DNA of 64,000 bases from Octopus vulgaris (taxonomy: Eukaryota), in contig OX597816.1 in NCBI GenBank assembly GCA_951406725.2, positions 137,888,001-137,952,000 on the forward strand. Reading direction: 5' to 3'. The notes under the pieces are model-generated. The model did no database searches, was not told the DNA's origin, and saw nothing but the letters and a program-made list of their open reading frames with translations. Both the position numbers and the translations under genes were made by a program. Positions 12,399 through 25,286 of this stretch are shown here, one piece after another (positions within the stretch are counted from its first letter, which is position 1; each line of letters starts with the position of its first letter).

Positions 12399-13328
12399 TT
12401 GACTGAAGATTGAAGGCTTCGGATGTCCCGTCCGTGTTTTTTGTATCGTCTTCTAAATGTTTTACGTTCTTGTCCCAGTTGGTATTTTTCTACATATAAT
12501 ATATATAGCGGCGTCCGTACCCTCGTTGGCCTTATGTAAGTACATATTCCTGTAAATTGGTACGACTCTACACACTGTCTCTCTCTCCTACATTTCTCTG
12601 CCTTTCACACTTTGCACTCTGCTTTGATCTGTCCCCTTCTCTCTCTCTACTTCTCCTCCTTTTCTCTTTTCTTGCCTCTGATTCTTTGGTCTACTCTTCC
12701 CCCACTCCCTCGCATTTCTCTGTCTTTCTCACTTTGCATTCACAAGCCAATCCTTGGCACGCACTCTTTCTCCCCTCTCTAATTCCTTCTTTCTCTCTCT
12801 TCTCCCCCCTTTGTTGCCTTCGTCCCTCTTTCTCTCTCTCTCTCTTTGTTTCCTTTGCCCCCTTTCTTTTCTCTCTCTTCCCTCACGTGACCGCTGGTCA
12901 AAATCAGCCTTTTGGCCTCCGACCACTGCCGTGAGAACACCGTTGTCTTCGTCTGCCGATAAAGGCATTTTTTTCAAAATACGCCAGCTAAACTTGTTGT
13001 ACTGTTTATTAGTCGTAAGACACCCGCTGTTTTTGTCCTGTTTTTACCATTATTGTTTTTTGTATTTTATATTCGTGTGGCATCGTCCGTTTTTGTGTCC
13101 CTGTTTCGTATACATTCGATCCTTCTTCCAAGAAATCTAATGCTCATAGCTTAGTTTTTCCTTGGGGCTGGCCGGATCGGGGCGATCTCAAGATTAATCA
13201 GCCGAAATTGCTACGATGATCCGGTTCTTGACTGAAGATTGAAGGCTTCGAATGTCCCGTCCGTGTTTTTTGTATCGTCTTCTAAATGTTTTACGTTCTT
13301 GTCCCAGTTTGTATTTTTCTACATATAA
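12398..13328 (+). repeat. ~100 bp direct repeat (12398-12498 and 13227-13328), pseudo-LTR-like
   Basis: CTTGACTGAAGATTGAAGGCTTCG..TTTTTCTACATATAATATA occurs twice, and the second copy ends at (TA)n. Confidence 0.75.
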
Positions 13329-13342
13329 TATACATACATGTG

Positions 13343-13388
<46 letters not shown>

Positions 13389-13674
13389 TACATACATACA
13401 TACATACATACGTACATACATACATACATACATATATATATATTTGAGTAGTTGAATGAATTATCTTGTTATGGATAATTCGGTTAACCGATACCTGGGT
13501 AGCAAATTCACATCAGAGAAGACACGTTTGAAATTACGCGCTTTCGTGTGGAAATTTGTATGTTTTTTTATATATGAAAGAATGGAATTGAACGACGAAT
13601 TATCACTATGGGCTCCGTGTGAGCAGTCATCTAAAAGTTTTTTGTGCATCTTGATGTTGACATAAGTTCCTTGC

Positions 13675-13757
13675 TTTTCCTGATGAGAAAGCGGCATAAT
13701 ATACTCCTTATTCCTTCGCAATTAGGAATATGCAGCCTTCGAAACATATGTCGAAAA
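13675..13757 (+). ncRNA. type I hammerhead ribozyme motif, canonical core, GUC site
   Basis: UUUUC-CUGAUGA-[GAAAGCGGCAU..AUGCAGCCUUC]-GAAA-C AUAU GUC-GAAAA. Stem III (ACAUAUGU) is a perfect palindrome, and stem I extends (UUCCUU/AAGGAA). Confidence 0.82.
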
Positions 13758-13875
13758 TAAAGGAATTTTGTTAATTCGTCGTTCAACTCCATTCTTTCAT
13801 ATAAAAAATACAAACATATATATATATATATATATATTAATATATATATATACATATATATATATATACATATTA

Positions 13876-13922
<47 letters not shown>

Positions 13923-13995
13923 TATTTATATATATACATTCATACACACATACACACACGTACACACACACACACACATATATATATATACATAC

Positions 13996-14038
<43 letters not shown>

Positions 14039-14192
14039 TAGGGGTTGTGAATCCAACCAAGGGATAATATCTATCCAATATATTACTGGTAGAATACCTA
14101 ACTATTAATACAATAAATAAATAAATAAATTAACATAACATAATATCTAAAAGTTGATGAATCACCTATTGATCACCTCCATTTTCTTATTG

Positions 14193-14260
<68 letters not shown>

Positions 14261-14322
14261 TATATGTATGTATATACATACATACATACATACATACATA
14301 CATACATACATACATACATACA

Positions 14323-14355
<33 letters not shown>

Positions 14356-14357
14356 CT

Positions 14358-15040
14358 CTTTAGAACAAGAGAACAAGAAACCATGATGGTCCTCTGGAGG
14401 ACACTTGTCCTAAGCCACTTTGACTATTGCTCTCAGTTATGGTCACCATCCAGTGTCAAGTTGATCACAGAACTTGAGGCGATCCAGCGTAGCTACACGA
14501 AGAAGATAGCCTCTATGCAGAATATAAGCTACTGGGAAAGACTCAAGAGATTAAAACTATATTCCTTGGAGCGTAGGCGGGAAAGATATGCCATAATATA
14601 CATCTGGAAGATCCTGGAGGGACTTGTCCCAAACTTTAGCATCGAGAGTTACACAAATGCCAGAACTGGGCGCCACTGCGTGGTGCCTAGGACTCCAAAT
14701 TTGCCATCAAGATGTAGGACAAGATACTGTGATAGTCTGGGCTTCCGAGGCCCACAGCTCTTCAATATCCTCCCGAAGAACCTAAGAGACCTGCATGGGG
14801 TGGATGCAGATGTCTTTAAAATGAAACTGGATATCTTCCTGTCAGGTATCCCAGATGAACCAACTTCACGGCAGGAGGTGCAGATGAGGGCAGCTGCATC
14901 GAACTCTCTCATGCACCAAATGGCAGTTGCTAAAAAGCTTTCGTGAAGTAAAACCATGTAGCAATACCAAATGGCGGTGCCCCAGCATGGCCACAGCTCA
15001 TGAGCTGAAACTAGAATCAATCAATCAATCAATCAATCAA
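14358..15040 (+). mobile_element. 5'-truncated CR1-group LINE 3' end
   Basis: ORF 14383..14946 has DYCSQLWSP, LEAIQR, YWERLKRLKLYSLERRRERY and LFNILP. A 3' UTR stem-loop and (AATC)n tail follow. Confidence 0.9.
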
Positions 15041-16163
15041 TAGATATATATATATACATACATACACGTTTGTGTTTATGGAGGTAGAATTTGTGAGCTA
15101 TGAGTTCATAAATATTCCTCTAATTCTGTTTCAAACGTGGATATTTTATAACATGCTATTTTAGACTTATGGATATATACGAAAATGGGACCTTATAAAA
15201 GATGTGTATATACTCAAATACAAAAATGTGAATAAAAATTTTATTTAATTTCATAAATTGATTTAAAAATTAAAATTTTAAAATTTTAAAAAATCATTTA
15301 AAAAAATTGATATATATTATAGGAGAATTAAAAAAGAAAAGAGTCGGGTCGGCTAGGTTGCATGCATATAGATCTATGTTTATTTGTGTGTATATAGGTT
15401 TATGGGCTTATATTCGAAAATATTTTGTGGGCATTCTGGTTGGAGGCAGGAAAACTTTGTGATAGTTTCTGCGGTATATTATGAGGATGGCTTGTGGTGT
15501 AGGCGGTCAAATACTTGCATGTTTGGTAAGCAAAGATAGCGGTTGCAATAACCGACTAAGGGATAAAATATCTGTATATTTATGTTATGCCGAGAAGCTG
15601 CAAAAGGACAGGCGGCCTCGTACCACTTATACCATAGTCTTCTCGCCCGCACCCTTTACTTATTTACTTATTTTTATTTTTTATTTACATACCCATTGAA
15701 ACGGTTTTAACTTATGCCCTCGATTCAAATATAATCGACCAATTGTAGAGATCGCTGGACTTAGACCCGTCTCATTGCGGACAATAGGTGGTGTTCTCTA
15801 TAATATTTCTGTAAGTACACTATCATAAGAACCCTACGGTAATGTTTTGGACAATCAACTAGGGTTATTTACATTAGCATAGGAAATGCCCTTTCATAGT
15901 CATGTTAGTAATTTTCTTGTATTTTTTCTTTTTTTTTTTTTTGCTAATTTCTTCTCACAGCATTTAAAACATCTTGGTTCCCCCTTTATATTGAAAAAAC
16001 CCGAAATTTTTTCCCTAGACCATTGCAAGCACAGTCTTTTACCTACGGACTTCGAAGCCCTATGATGGAAGATTTTTATGTTTTCAATATATTGGTCTTC
16101 CAGACCTCTTCTCTAAGCCATGTTTTCTTTCCTATTTTCCTCTTCCTTTTGTTTATTTTGGAT

Positions 16164-16277
16164 GCCTCTGATGAAGCTCCGTGTTCTAGTTCGAATGTCC
16201 TATGAAGATGAAGAATATTATTTTCGAATTTATTTGTAGGCACTGACTGTCATCGGAAGCGGAAACGGCCGTAAGAA
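16164..16277 (+). ncRNA. type I hammerhead motif with long loop 2
   Basis: CU-CUGAUGA-a[GCUCC..~75 nt..GGAAGC]g-GAAA-C GGCC GUA-AG. Stem III (ACGGCCGU) is a perfect palindrome. Stem I is only 2 bp in this copy. Confidence 0.6.
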
Positions 16278-16450
16278 CTGTGATGTCACATAAATGTTAG
16301 GTCATGTTTCATGTTTTGCATTAGATAATAAGCTTTAGATGTGGTCCAATTGATTTGGTTGCTGATCTGAGGTTTTCTCCGTTTTCTGATGATATATATA
16401 TATATATATATATATGTAAATGTAATATGTGACAATTATTCGGTAGCCAT

Positions 16451-16505
16451 GATAAAACTCCGAGTTTCGGATGTCGAGGTGGAAACCGCCATCTCTTCAG
16501 TTATC
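16451..16505 (-). ncRNA. type I hammerhead motif (left arm)
   Basis: RC reads GAUAA-CUGAAGA-[GAUG..CAUC]c-GAAA-C UCGGA GUU-UUAUC. Confidence 0.68.
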
Positions 16506-16552
16506 CGGCCATAAAAATATGATAGTAAGAGATAGTATTTTTCCGATGGTCG

Positions 16553-16607
16553 GATAACTGAAGAGATGGCGGTTTCCACCTCGGCATCCGAAACTCAGAG
16601 TTTTATC
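16553..16607 (+). ncRNA. type I hammerhead motif (right arm)
   Basis: GAUAA-CUGAAGA-[GAUG..CAUC]c-GAAA-C UCAGA GUU-UUAUC. Confidence 0.68.
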
Positions 16608-16744
16608 ATGGCTACCGAATAATTGTCACATATTACATATACAGATAAATTCCTCTATTTACATAATATCGAGGTCTCTTTCATTCTTTTATTGTCTTAC
16701 CATTTTTATCAATATATATATATGTATATATATATGTGTGTGTG

Positions 16745-16803
<59 letters not shown>

Positions 16804-16830
16804 AGAGAGAGAGAGAGAGTGAGAGAGAGT

Positions 16831-16884
<54 letters not shown>

Positions 16885-16899
16885 TAGACAGATAGATCT

Positions 16900-16993
16900 T
16901 TTCTTTTATCTTTTGTCTGTTTCAGTCATTCGAGTGCGGCCATGCTGGGGCACCACCTTGAAAGGTTGTAACCGAACAAATCGACCCCAGGAA

Positions 16994-17034
<41 letters not shown>

Positions 17035-17197
17035 GACGGGATTCTTTCAGTGGCGTCTACGAAATCCACTCACAAGGCTTTAGTCAGCCCAAGGTTATAG
17101 TAGAAGATACTTGCCCAAGTTGCTACGCAGTGGGACTGAATCCGGAAACCTGTGGTTAGGAAGTAAGATTCTTACCGCACTACCACGCCTGTGCCTG
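16900..17197 (-). mobile_element. SINE family A, internally deleted
   Basis: Both tail and head match 1050-1463. Confidence 0.8.
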
Positions 17198-18679
17198 TAA
17201 TTGTATATGTTTGATTACAGGGGATCCATAAAGAATCAAGACTTATGAAAGGGAAGCACGTCACACTTATTGGCTAGACAGAATGATGCAAATCAGACTA
17301 TTATGTACTCCTTTATCATAGCACGGACTACATCGCTAAAGGGAAGTTCACTTTTGGTCTGGCTGACAATTCTCAGCTCGAATAATATACAGTAGTGTCC
17401 AACGATGAATGGAAACTTAAGCATGACATAAAAACAAAAAAAAAAAACAGACGAATGGGTTATCTGGAATTGGTACAATTGTTCTCCTAAGAGTTTTTGT
17501 TGTGAAGCATATATGGTACAATCAGAACTGCGGTTTCCATAACGTCCTAAATATTACATTATATTCTACGCGAGTCTCAAGTTATCAGGATTAACAAATA
17601 AACAAACAAGTAGTGATCTCATGGTTATTCAACAGATCTTCGACAAGTGGAACTTCTAATCAGAATTACCAACATTAAAGAAATGTATAGCGGGTGGTTC
17701 TACACTCTGTCGATCATCAAGAGCGGCTAGCAAAATGATGTTGTAAATTAAAGAAAATTGTAAGGTAATTCTGTTCTAAAGGTGTCATTAAGATTAAGAT
17801 TAAGGATCCCACTCATAAAGTCTGGTCCTGCAAAAGCATACCTGTATACCGGCAGCTAGCAGGCGCCGAGCATAACATCTAACCATCTCAAAATATATTT
17901 CAAAACTGTTGTCGAAGTTGCTGTAGAACAATCATCTACTGCAGTATATTGTTTAGTACTTTAGATGTGTTATGCTTAATAAATTCTTGCGTTACATATT
18001 CACTCACTTAATTCAAAATGATTAAAGAGTTCCGGTTAATTATTGCAGAACTAATAGAGTATTAGTTCAAATTAATGGAAGTCCAGCTATTTATACTTCA
18101 GGGAAAATAACTTAAGGAAAACCGCAGATTAGCGAAGGTCTCTGCGAACTTTCAGAGGAGATCTAGGGAAGAAGCAGATGAAGGAAAAGGAAATAAAATA
18201 ATTAATATATAAAGAAAGCTATAATTACATTGCCAGCAATCACAACTTATAAATGCTTAAATAGAAACAGAATAGGATAAATCAAATAGGAAAGTGAATT
18301 TACAAATTCATAAATTGATGTTAGTTAAATATCGACATTTATAGACACCAATTATTTAAATGTTATGGAACTACAAGCTGAAAGACCAGAAAAATAGAGA
18401 GGGTAAAACAGAATTGGTAGTCCCGAAAAAAAAAACTGCCATGAATTCTCACGTTTCTGTTAACCAATATTGTCACAATAAAATCGAGAATAAGGCAAAT
18501 CAATTAAAATCATGTAGGTTCAGTAGATAGGTAACCTACTGTTCAGTTGATAAGCTAATTGCTGTAATGATTTAAAAATATGAAGACTATAAATGTAAAT
18601 AAATGTTGAAAGAATTCATTGGTTTATAACGAATTATAAAGAATGATAAAGGTCATAACTGGGGAGGAGGAAACAAATT

Positions 18680-18830
18680 TTGGTTTCATATTTTGGCACA
18701 ATGCCAGCAAAATCGGTTGCATCAACTAGTACTTATTTTATCGTCCTCAAAAGGATGAAAGACTAATTCGGAATTTAAACTCTGAACGTAAAGATGGACG
18801 AAATGCCGCAAAGCATTTTACCCGGCATGC
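18680..18830 (-). mobile_element. SINE family B, partial
   Basis: Reverse complement of the 3652-3865 family. Confidence 0.7.
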
Positions 18831-18881
18831 TAGTTTATTAGTTCATATCGTAGAAAATCCTACGAGTAATTTAGTATAATA

Positions 18882-19384
18882 CTAGCAGTATCGCCCGTCG
18901 TTGCTCAGGTTTGTAAGGGAAATAACTATAAAGCATTTTTAGAGAGTTATAGCCAAAAAATAGCAAAAAAAATGGAAAAAAATGATGGTAAATTTTTTTT
19001 GAGAGTGAAAAAAGGTGGAGTTGCGTCCCCTAGACAGTTTGCGGTTTGTGTTTCTGATTCTCGACCCCATGTCGAATTTATCGATTTTTTTCAGAACTGG
19101 GGGAACTTTTCAAAATTTTCGACGTTAGTTTTGAATTATGACATTGGGCTATGTGTGTGTCAAGTTTCATCAGAATCGGTTGAAAGCCGTGGTCAGGGTG
19201 AGGGTTTTTCAGAACTGGGGGAACTTTTCAATATTTTCGCTACGTTAGTTATGAATTATGACTTTGGGCTATGTGTGTGTCAAGTTTCATCAGAATCGGT
19301 TGAAAGCCGTGGTCAGGGTGGGGGTACAAGCAAACAGACACACAGAAACACGCACAGACAAACTGCCGTTTATATAGAGAGAGA
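18882..19384 (-). mobile_element. non-autonomous Helitron with ~119 bp internal tandem duplication
   Basis: The minus strand starts TC and ends with a GC-rich hairpin (CCTGAGCAACGACGGG) followed by CTAG. It is inserted between A and T with no TSD. Repeat units lie at ~19087-19205 and ~19206-19325. Confidence 0.78.
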
Positions 19385-19508
19385 TTTAGAAGGATTCACG
19401 TAAATGGCTATTGCATGAGTTTCCATAATGGACATGGTTTATCTAATAAATATCCATCATTTCATGATGTATATACGTATGTATATACGCATGGATACAT
19501 AAATGAAT

Positions 19509-19639
<131 letters not shown>

Positions 19640-19804
19640 TGTGTATCTTCTTTTATTCTTTTATTCTTTTACTTGTTTCAGTCATTTGACTGCAACCATG
19701 CTTTTGTCGAAGAAATCGAACCCAGGACTTATTCTTGAAAGAAACCTAGTACTTATTCTATCGGTCTCCTTTGCCGAGCACGTGTGTATATATGTGTGTG
19801 TGCG

Positions 19805-19853
<49 letters not shown>

Positions 19854-20049
19854 AAGCTCTCACGCGCAACTAGTCGTCAACTCGATGTTAAGTTTAACTA
19901 CTTTGTCATTCCCGATACATTCCTGTCATATGTTTTATAGGATTTATACCAAGGGCATCCATATGATTATCTAACCCTGATTATATTTTGAAATTTCGTG
20001 ACAAATGTAAGACGTTTAATTTGGTCGAGAACTATACGAAAACTTGCTC

Positions 20050-20342
20050 CCTTCCTTCTATGATAATCCAAAATTGATTTTCAGCTTACTTATAGATAAA
20101 CACACTTTTGGACACAAAGGGCAGCAGTACTGCGTTGGTGTTGGATTTGAATGTATATGAGCACATTGCAAAGCTGGTTTCTCTGTATGTAACCTTTCGT
20201 AAATGACAAATCCAGCTTTGGAAAAGTAATGCGACTGGAAACAGAACAGGTGAGATTATTTCTGGATCCTCGACCATGCAGAACTTTAGCATCTCGCAAT
20301 TTCAGTTCTTGGACATCATGTTTGATGGGCAATTGGAATCTG
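20050..20342 (-). pseudogene. degraded RTE C-terminal zinc-finger fragment
   Basis: Across a frameshift it reads NLTCSVSSRI / SKAGFVIYERLH..CPLCPKVCLS, resembling LTCNVCARPCLSKAGLMSH at ~52620. It abuts a GTAT repeat. Confidence 0.5.
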
Positions 20343-20363
20343 AGTATGTATGCATGTATATAA

Positions 20364-20450
<87 letters not shown>

Positions 20451-20533
20451 CTTTATATATAAAATAAATTAATTTACTCTGCAATGTATTGAGTACCTCA
20501 TTTACTGTGGTTAACCCCGACTAACCCGGGACC

Positions 20534-20599
<66 letters not shown>

Positions 20600-20616
20600 T
20601 GTATATATATACATAC

Positions 20617-20688
<72 letters not shown>

Positions 20689-20787
20689 TATATATATAGT
20701 TAATCCAAACAAGAAAGCACAAAAAACACAACAACGCGAGGACGTGGAACAAATATAGTATTATTGGACGCTCAGGAAAGAAGGAAA

Positions 20788-20820
20788 CTTAACGTTTCGA
20801 GAGGAGCTCTTCGTCGGAAA
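20788..20820 (-). ncRNA. degenerate minimal hammerhead motif
   Basis: RC reads UUU-CCGACGA-a[GAG cuccu CUC]-GAAAC-GUU-AAG. It has U4C and a loopless palindromic stem III. Confidence 0.45.
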
Positions 20821-20911
20821 CATAAGAGAAGAAAAGATCCAGAGAAGGGAAGATAGAGGGAAAAAAACCGCCAACGGTACACACGCGGTCACAATTTGAA
20901 TGACAGGAAGG

Positions 20912-20952
<41 letters not shown>

Positions 20953-21194
20953 GGATTAATTACTATGAAGCATTGTGTAGAATATATTGTATATATGATT
21001 ATGGGTAATGCCAAAACAATGCGAAGTAAATGCAAGGTAAATCACAAGAAAATAAATGTGAATTAATGCAGAGTTATCTTGTATTCAGTATTTCGGGGTT
21101 ATGATACCATTTTCAAGAAATCAACGAATGTTGTCGATGTGCGTGTATGTGAGCGTGAGTGGAGTGGACATGCGCAGAAAGGTGTTGCTATAGC

Positions 21195-21574
21195 AACGAG
21201 CTAGCTTCCTGTAACACTCTTCTATTCTTGATCTTTGATTTCTTTTGGTGTATGATGATGGCCTCAGAGATTCTAAGGTTGCCTCTGTTCCGCTGTGTTA
21301 CCTTGATGTGCACTGTGAATTCCCAGGTGAAGAAACATCCGTAGATGTTTCTTCACGGAAGTGTCTGCTTGCATGTGTTCCTTAATGTGTATATGCATGT
21401 TTTCTTGTCATGCGTCCTATGTAGGATGCGCCACATTTGCCACAGATGATCTCATATACAACATAGGTCCTCTGGCACAATTCAGGGTCATTGATGGGGC
21501 AGTTCGACAATGTGCACTCTTCGGAGTAGTGAGAGGTGTTGTTCCTGGACAGACCTTACCCACGATCCTTTATG

Positions 21575-21575
<1 letters not shown>
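21195..21575 (-). pseudogene. Penelope-like element GIY-YIG endonuclease fragment
   Basis: RC translates to LCQRTYVVYEIICGKCGASYIGRMTRK, and after frameshifts IKEH and LRISEAIIIHQKK..NRE. It is truncated at (TA)n. Confidence 0.85.
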
Positions 21576-21646
<71 letters not shown>

Positions 21647-21688
21647 GTTTGTAGATATACATATACACAAATATATATATATGTATGC

Positions 21689-21721
<33 letters not shown>

Positions 21722-23342
21722 TGTATGTATGTATGTATGTATGTATGAATGAATGAATGATGATGATGATGTTGCTTAAAGAATTAGAAATATATATATA
21801 TATATAATAATTCCACTACCGCCGCTAAACAATTTGCATCAGCTACCAATATATTTCTGTACTTTTTAACACTACGTATATGCCTGTCGAGACATCTACC
21901 GTACTATCCAGGCTTCTACGGTCTCTTTTTCTCCCTTATATCAGCATATTTTATACATTAAGTATGCTATACCGAATGCTATTGTGAACTAAGAATGCTT
22001 CCGTCAAAAATGCATGTATACATTCGTGTACATATATAGGAGTAGGCGTGGCTGACTCCCGATATCAGTCTTCTTTGAGATTCAACGATCCTGGCTGAGA
22101 GCACCTACATTAGATTAGTGTCTGAAGTATTTTACATAAACTGAATTTAATAACAGCTCTGGGAATTTCTACATTCGTTGAAAGAGCGACTGAGTGACAT
22201 ATTCTAGGTTCCTCTTTGTGGCATAGATTAAGAAGGTAAGTTGACAGTATGTCGAGTTCGCGAAATCATTTCGATCCGCGGTTGATTCTCTGCTATTACT
22301 CCTATCTCTGTAATGTCCATGAGAAAGGCATGACATTTACACAATCTCATTTTACTGCCCCATCAATTCCAATTTTATGGTCTTCGAAAGAAATCAATAT
22401 TCTTCTCTGGGAACATATCACAGAAACGATGAAAAGTACAAAAACAAATATAGAAAAAGTGGTAGAATCGATGACAAGCAAATGTATGTATGTGTATTTG
22501 TATGTATGTATGTATGTATGTATGTATGTATGTATGTATGTATGTGTATGGAGGGATGTACTTTTGTTTGTACGTGTGCATGTGTATGCATGTGTATGTC
22601 TGTGTATGCATGTATGTGTGTGTTCATATGCATATATGTGTGTTTGTGTGTGTGTGTGCGTGCGTGCGTGTATGTGTGTAGACGTAAAGGAAATGGTGGT
22701 TGTTGTGTGTACGAGCGCGAGCGCGCGCGTGTGTGTGTGTTGTGGGGAGGGGTTGTGAGCTTTGAATGGTGCTGTTGAAGAACGTGCTTTAAGGAATATT
22801 TTTAGCAACATTTCCAGAACGCCAGTATCTCAGTTATTGTTGATTAGCAACAAAAAGTTATATGGAATGGAAGATTAGGAAATATTCGTGTGCAGTTCAA
22901 AGTGGGAAAGAATTGGTTATTTGTCATAGCAGCAGTAAATAGGAGTTGAGCGTCATGGGTCTACCTGCCGCACAAGTTGGCTTTGTTATGTTTCTAGAGA
23001 CGAAGCTATAAATTACACGCGATTTTTCCTGCCGTTGAACTTACAATTGCTGCAACGGTTTGATTTATGGCAAAGTCGTCTCTTACACCACACTGACTTT
23101 GGTAAACTGCTAAGCCAGCGTTCAGTACACACCTCACTCTAATCACTTCACCTCAGACCACCCGTTACACACACCACCCGTCTATCTTTTGCTGAATTAA
23201 TGATTGATAGCAAGGGGTCATGCCTTCCACTTTTGCGTCTCTACATAACTATATTTACTGCAGTTTTTGAGCAAATTGGAAATCGTCCATATTCTAGTTT
23301 ATTTACGTGCTGAGTTTTTAATATATCATTGCTTCCGATCAC

Positions 23343-23398
<56 letters not shown>

Positions 23399-23411
23399 CC
23401 ATCATCATCAC

Positions 23412-23468
<57 letters not shown>

Positions 23469-23485
23469 GATCCTCATCATCAAAA

Positions 23486-23561
<76 letters not shown>

Positions 23562-23569
23562 CATAACGA

Positions 23570-24024
23570 AGGCGGTGAGCTGGCAGAATCGTTATCGCCC
23601 CGGTCAAAATGCTTAACATTATTTCGTCCGTCACTATGTTCTGAGTTCAAATGCCGCTGAGGTCGATTTTGTCTGTCATTCTTTTGGGATCAATAAAATA
23701 CGTACCAGCTGAGCACTGGGGTCGTTGGGTTTACTCAATCCATTGAAATTTCTGCCAAAATTGTGCCAAAATTTAAACCATTATTATCATTATTATTATT
23801 ATTATTATTAAGGTAGCGACCTGTGATAACCGTCACCGCCCCGGTCAAAATGATTAACAGTGTTTCGTCCGCCTCTACGTTCTGAGTTCAAATTTCACCA
23901 AGGTCGACTTGGCCTTTCATCCTTTCGGGGTCAATAAATTAAATACCAGTCAAGCACTGGGGTCGATGTAATCGACTAGCCTCATCTCCCCAGAACGTTA
24001 GGCCTTGTGCCTATCGTAGAAAGG

Positions 24025-24025
<1 letters not shown>
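23570..24025 (+). mobile_element. two tandem SINE family B copies in (ATT)n
   Basis: Copies at 23570-23780 and 23810-24025. Confidence 0.8.
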
Positions 24026-24121
<96 letters not shown>

Positions 24122-24124
24122 TTA

Positions 24125-25246
24125 TTCTATGTTTGACTTTTGCTTTATATTTGTACAAGTTGGCTCCAAGTCTCACCCAGAGACCCCAAGAGACAACAGG
24201 GTTGGAAGTTCATGTTGTTGTTATGCCTAGTGTGCCATATATTTGGGGGGTGGGGGTGTTGTACTAATGAATGTCTAAAAAAAGCTTTTTTTTTCTTTTT
24301 TTTTTTAAACCGAAAATTATGTTTGTTTTAAACCTTGAGATTACATAGAAAGTATTTTGCGTAGGATATGAGCAGTTCCCATGAGCACTATCTTTTGAAT
24401 TTCTGCCATTTTTGGGTTTCCTGGTATCTGAGTTAGGTAGCTATCAGCCCCTTTTGCTATCATTCCCAGGGCACCTATGACAACAGGTATTGTTTTAGTC
24501 TTCAGGTTCCACATTTTGCTGATTTCTATTTCAAGATCTTTATATTTGCTCAGTTTTTGGTAGGTCTTGACAGATACGTTTATATCGATTGGGACAGTCA
24601 TATCAATGAGGAGGCATGTTCTTTGTTTGAAGTCTTTCAATATGATGTCTGGCCTATTTGCATCTATCTTTCTGTCAGTTTGAATGGTGAAGTTCCAGAG
24701 GAGTGAGATGTGGTCATTTTCAAGCACTGGGGGTGGCTTGTGTTCCCACCAGTTTTTTTCATGGGGCAAATCCAGGTTTTTACAGATTACCCAGTGAATA
24801 TATTGTGCAGCTCTATCGTGCCTGTTGAGATACTCTGTAGGCGCTAGAAGACTGCACTTGGAGACCACATGGTCAATGGTTTCATTTTGTTGCTTGCATA
24901 CACGGCACGTTGGACTGCTTCTGATCTTTAATATGTTGGCCTGGTAGTTTCTTGTTGGTAGGCATTGATCTTGAGCTGCTATGATAAACCCCTCTGTTTC
25001 AGATTTTAAGCCAGAGGCCATTAGCCATTGATGGGTCAGGGCTTTGTCAACATCTGCATTATTTGCTCTCTTTGGGTATTTGCCATAGAGAGGTTTTTCT
25101 TGCCATTTATCATTCAGAATATCTAAGGCCGCAGATTTAGCACGGGTTTTCATGCGCTTAGCTTTTTCTGTGCCTGTTTCTTGTATGTCTATCTCTAATT
25201 CCGAAATTTGTTGTATTCGGAATTCACTTAGATATTCCTTTGCCTG

Positions 25247-25249
<3 letters not shown>
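24125..25249 (-). mobile_element. 5'-truncated Dong/R4-type RLE LINE with intact C-terminal ORF
   Basis: ORF 24341..25153 has AAQDQ, a CCHC knuckle (CRVC..ETIDHVVSKC), RHD, RPDI..IDMTVP and KYKDL. (TAA)n flanks both sides. Confidence 0.93.
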
Positions 25250-25283
<34 letters not shown>

Positions 25284-25286
25284 CTT

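Larger units (their letters stand above)
16420..16638. repeat. fold-back element, ~100 bp arms each carrying a hammerhead
   Basis: 16420-16519 is approximately the reverse complement of 16536-16638, and the element is flanked by (TA)n. Confidence 0.9.

Noticed and set aside
17310-18060. Unique-looking block, possibly a decayed transposase or exon
   Set aside because: All frames are interrupted and I recognised no family motif.
20090-20340. Candidate host exon with good splice-like sites
   Set aside because: It is better explained as a frameshifted RTE zinc-finger remnant.
22990-23130. Open frames with splice-like sites on both strands
   Set aside because: The strand is ambiguous and there is no recognisable motif or phase-linked neighbour.
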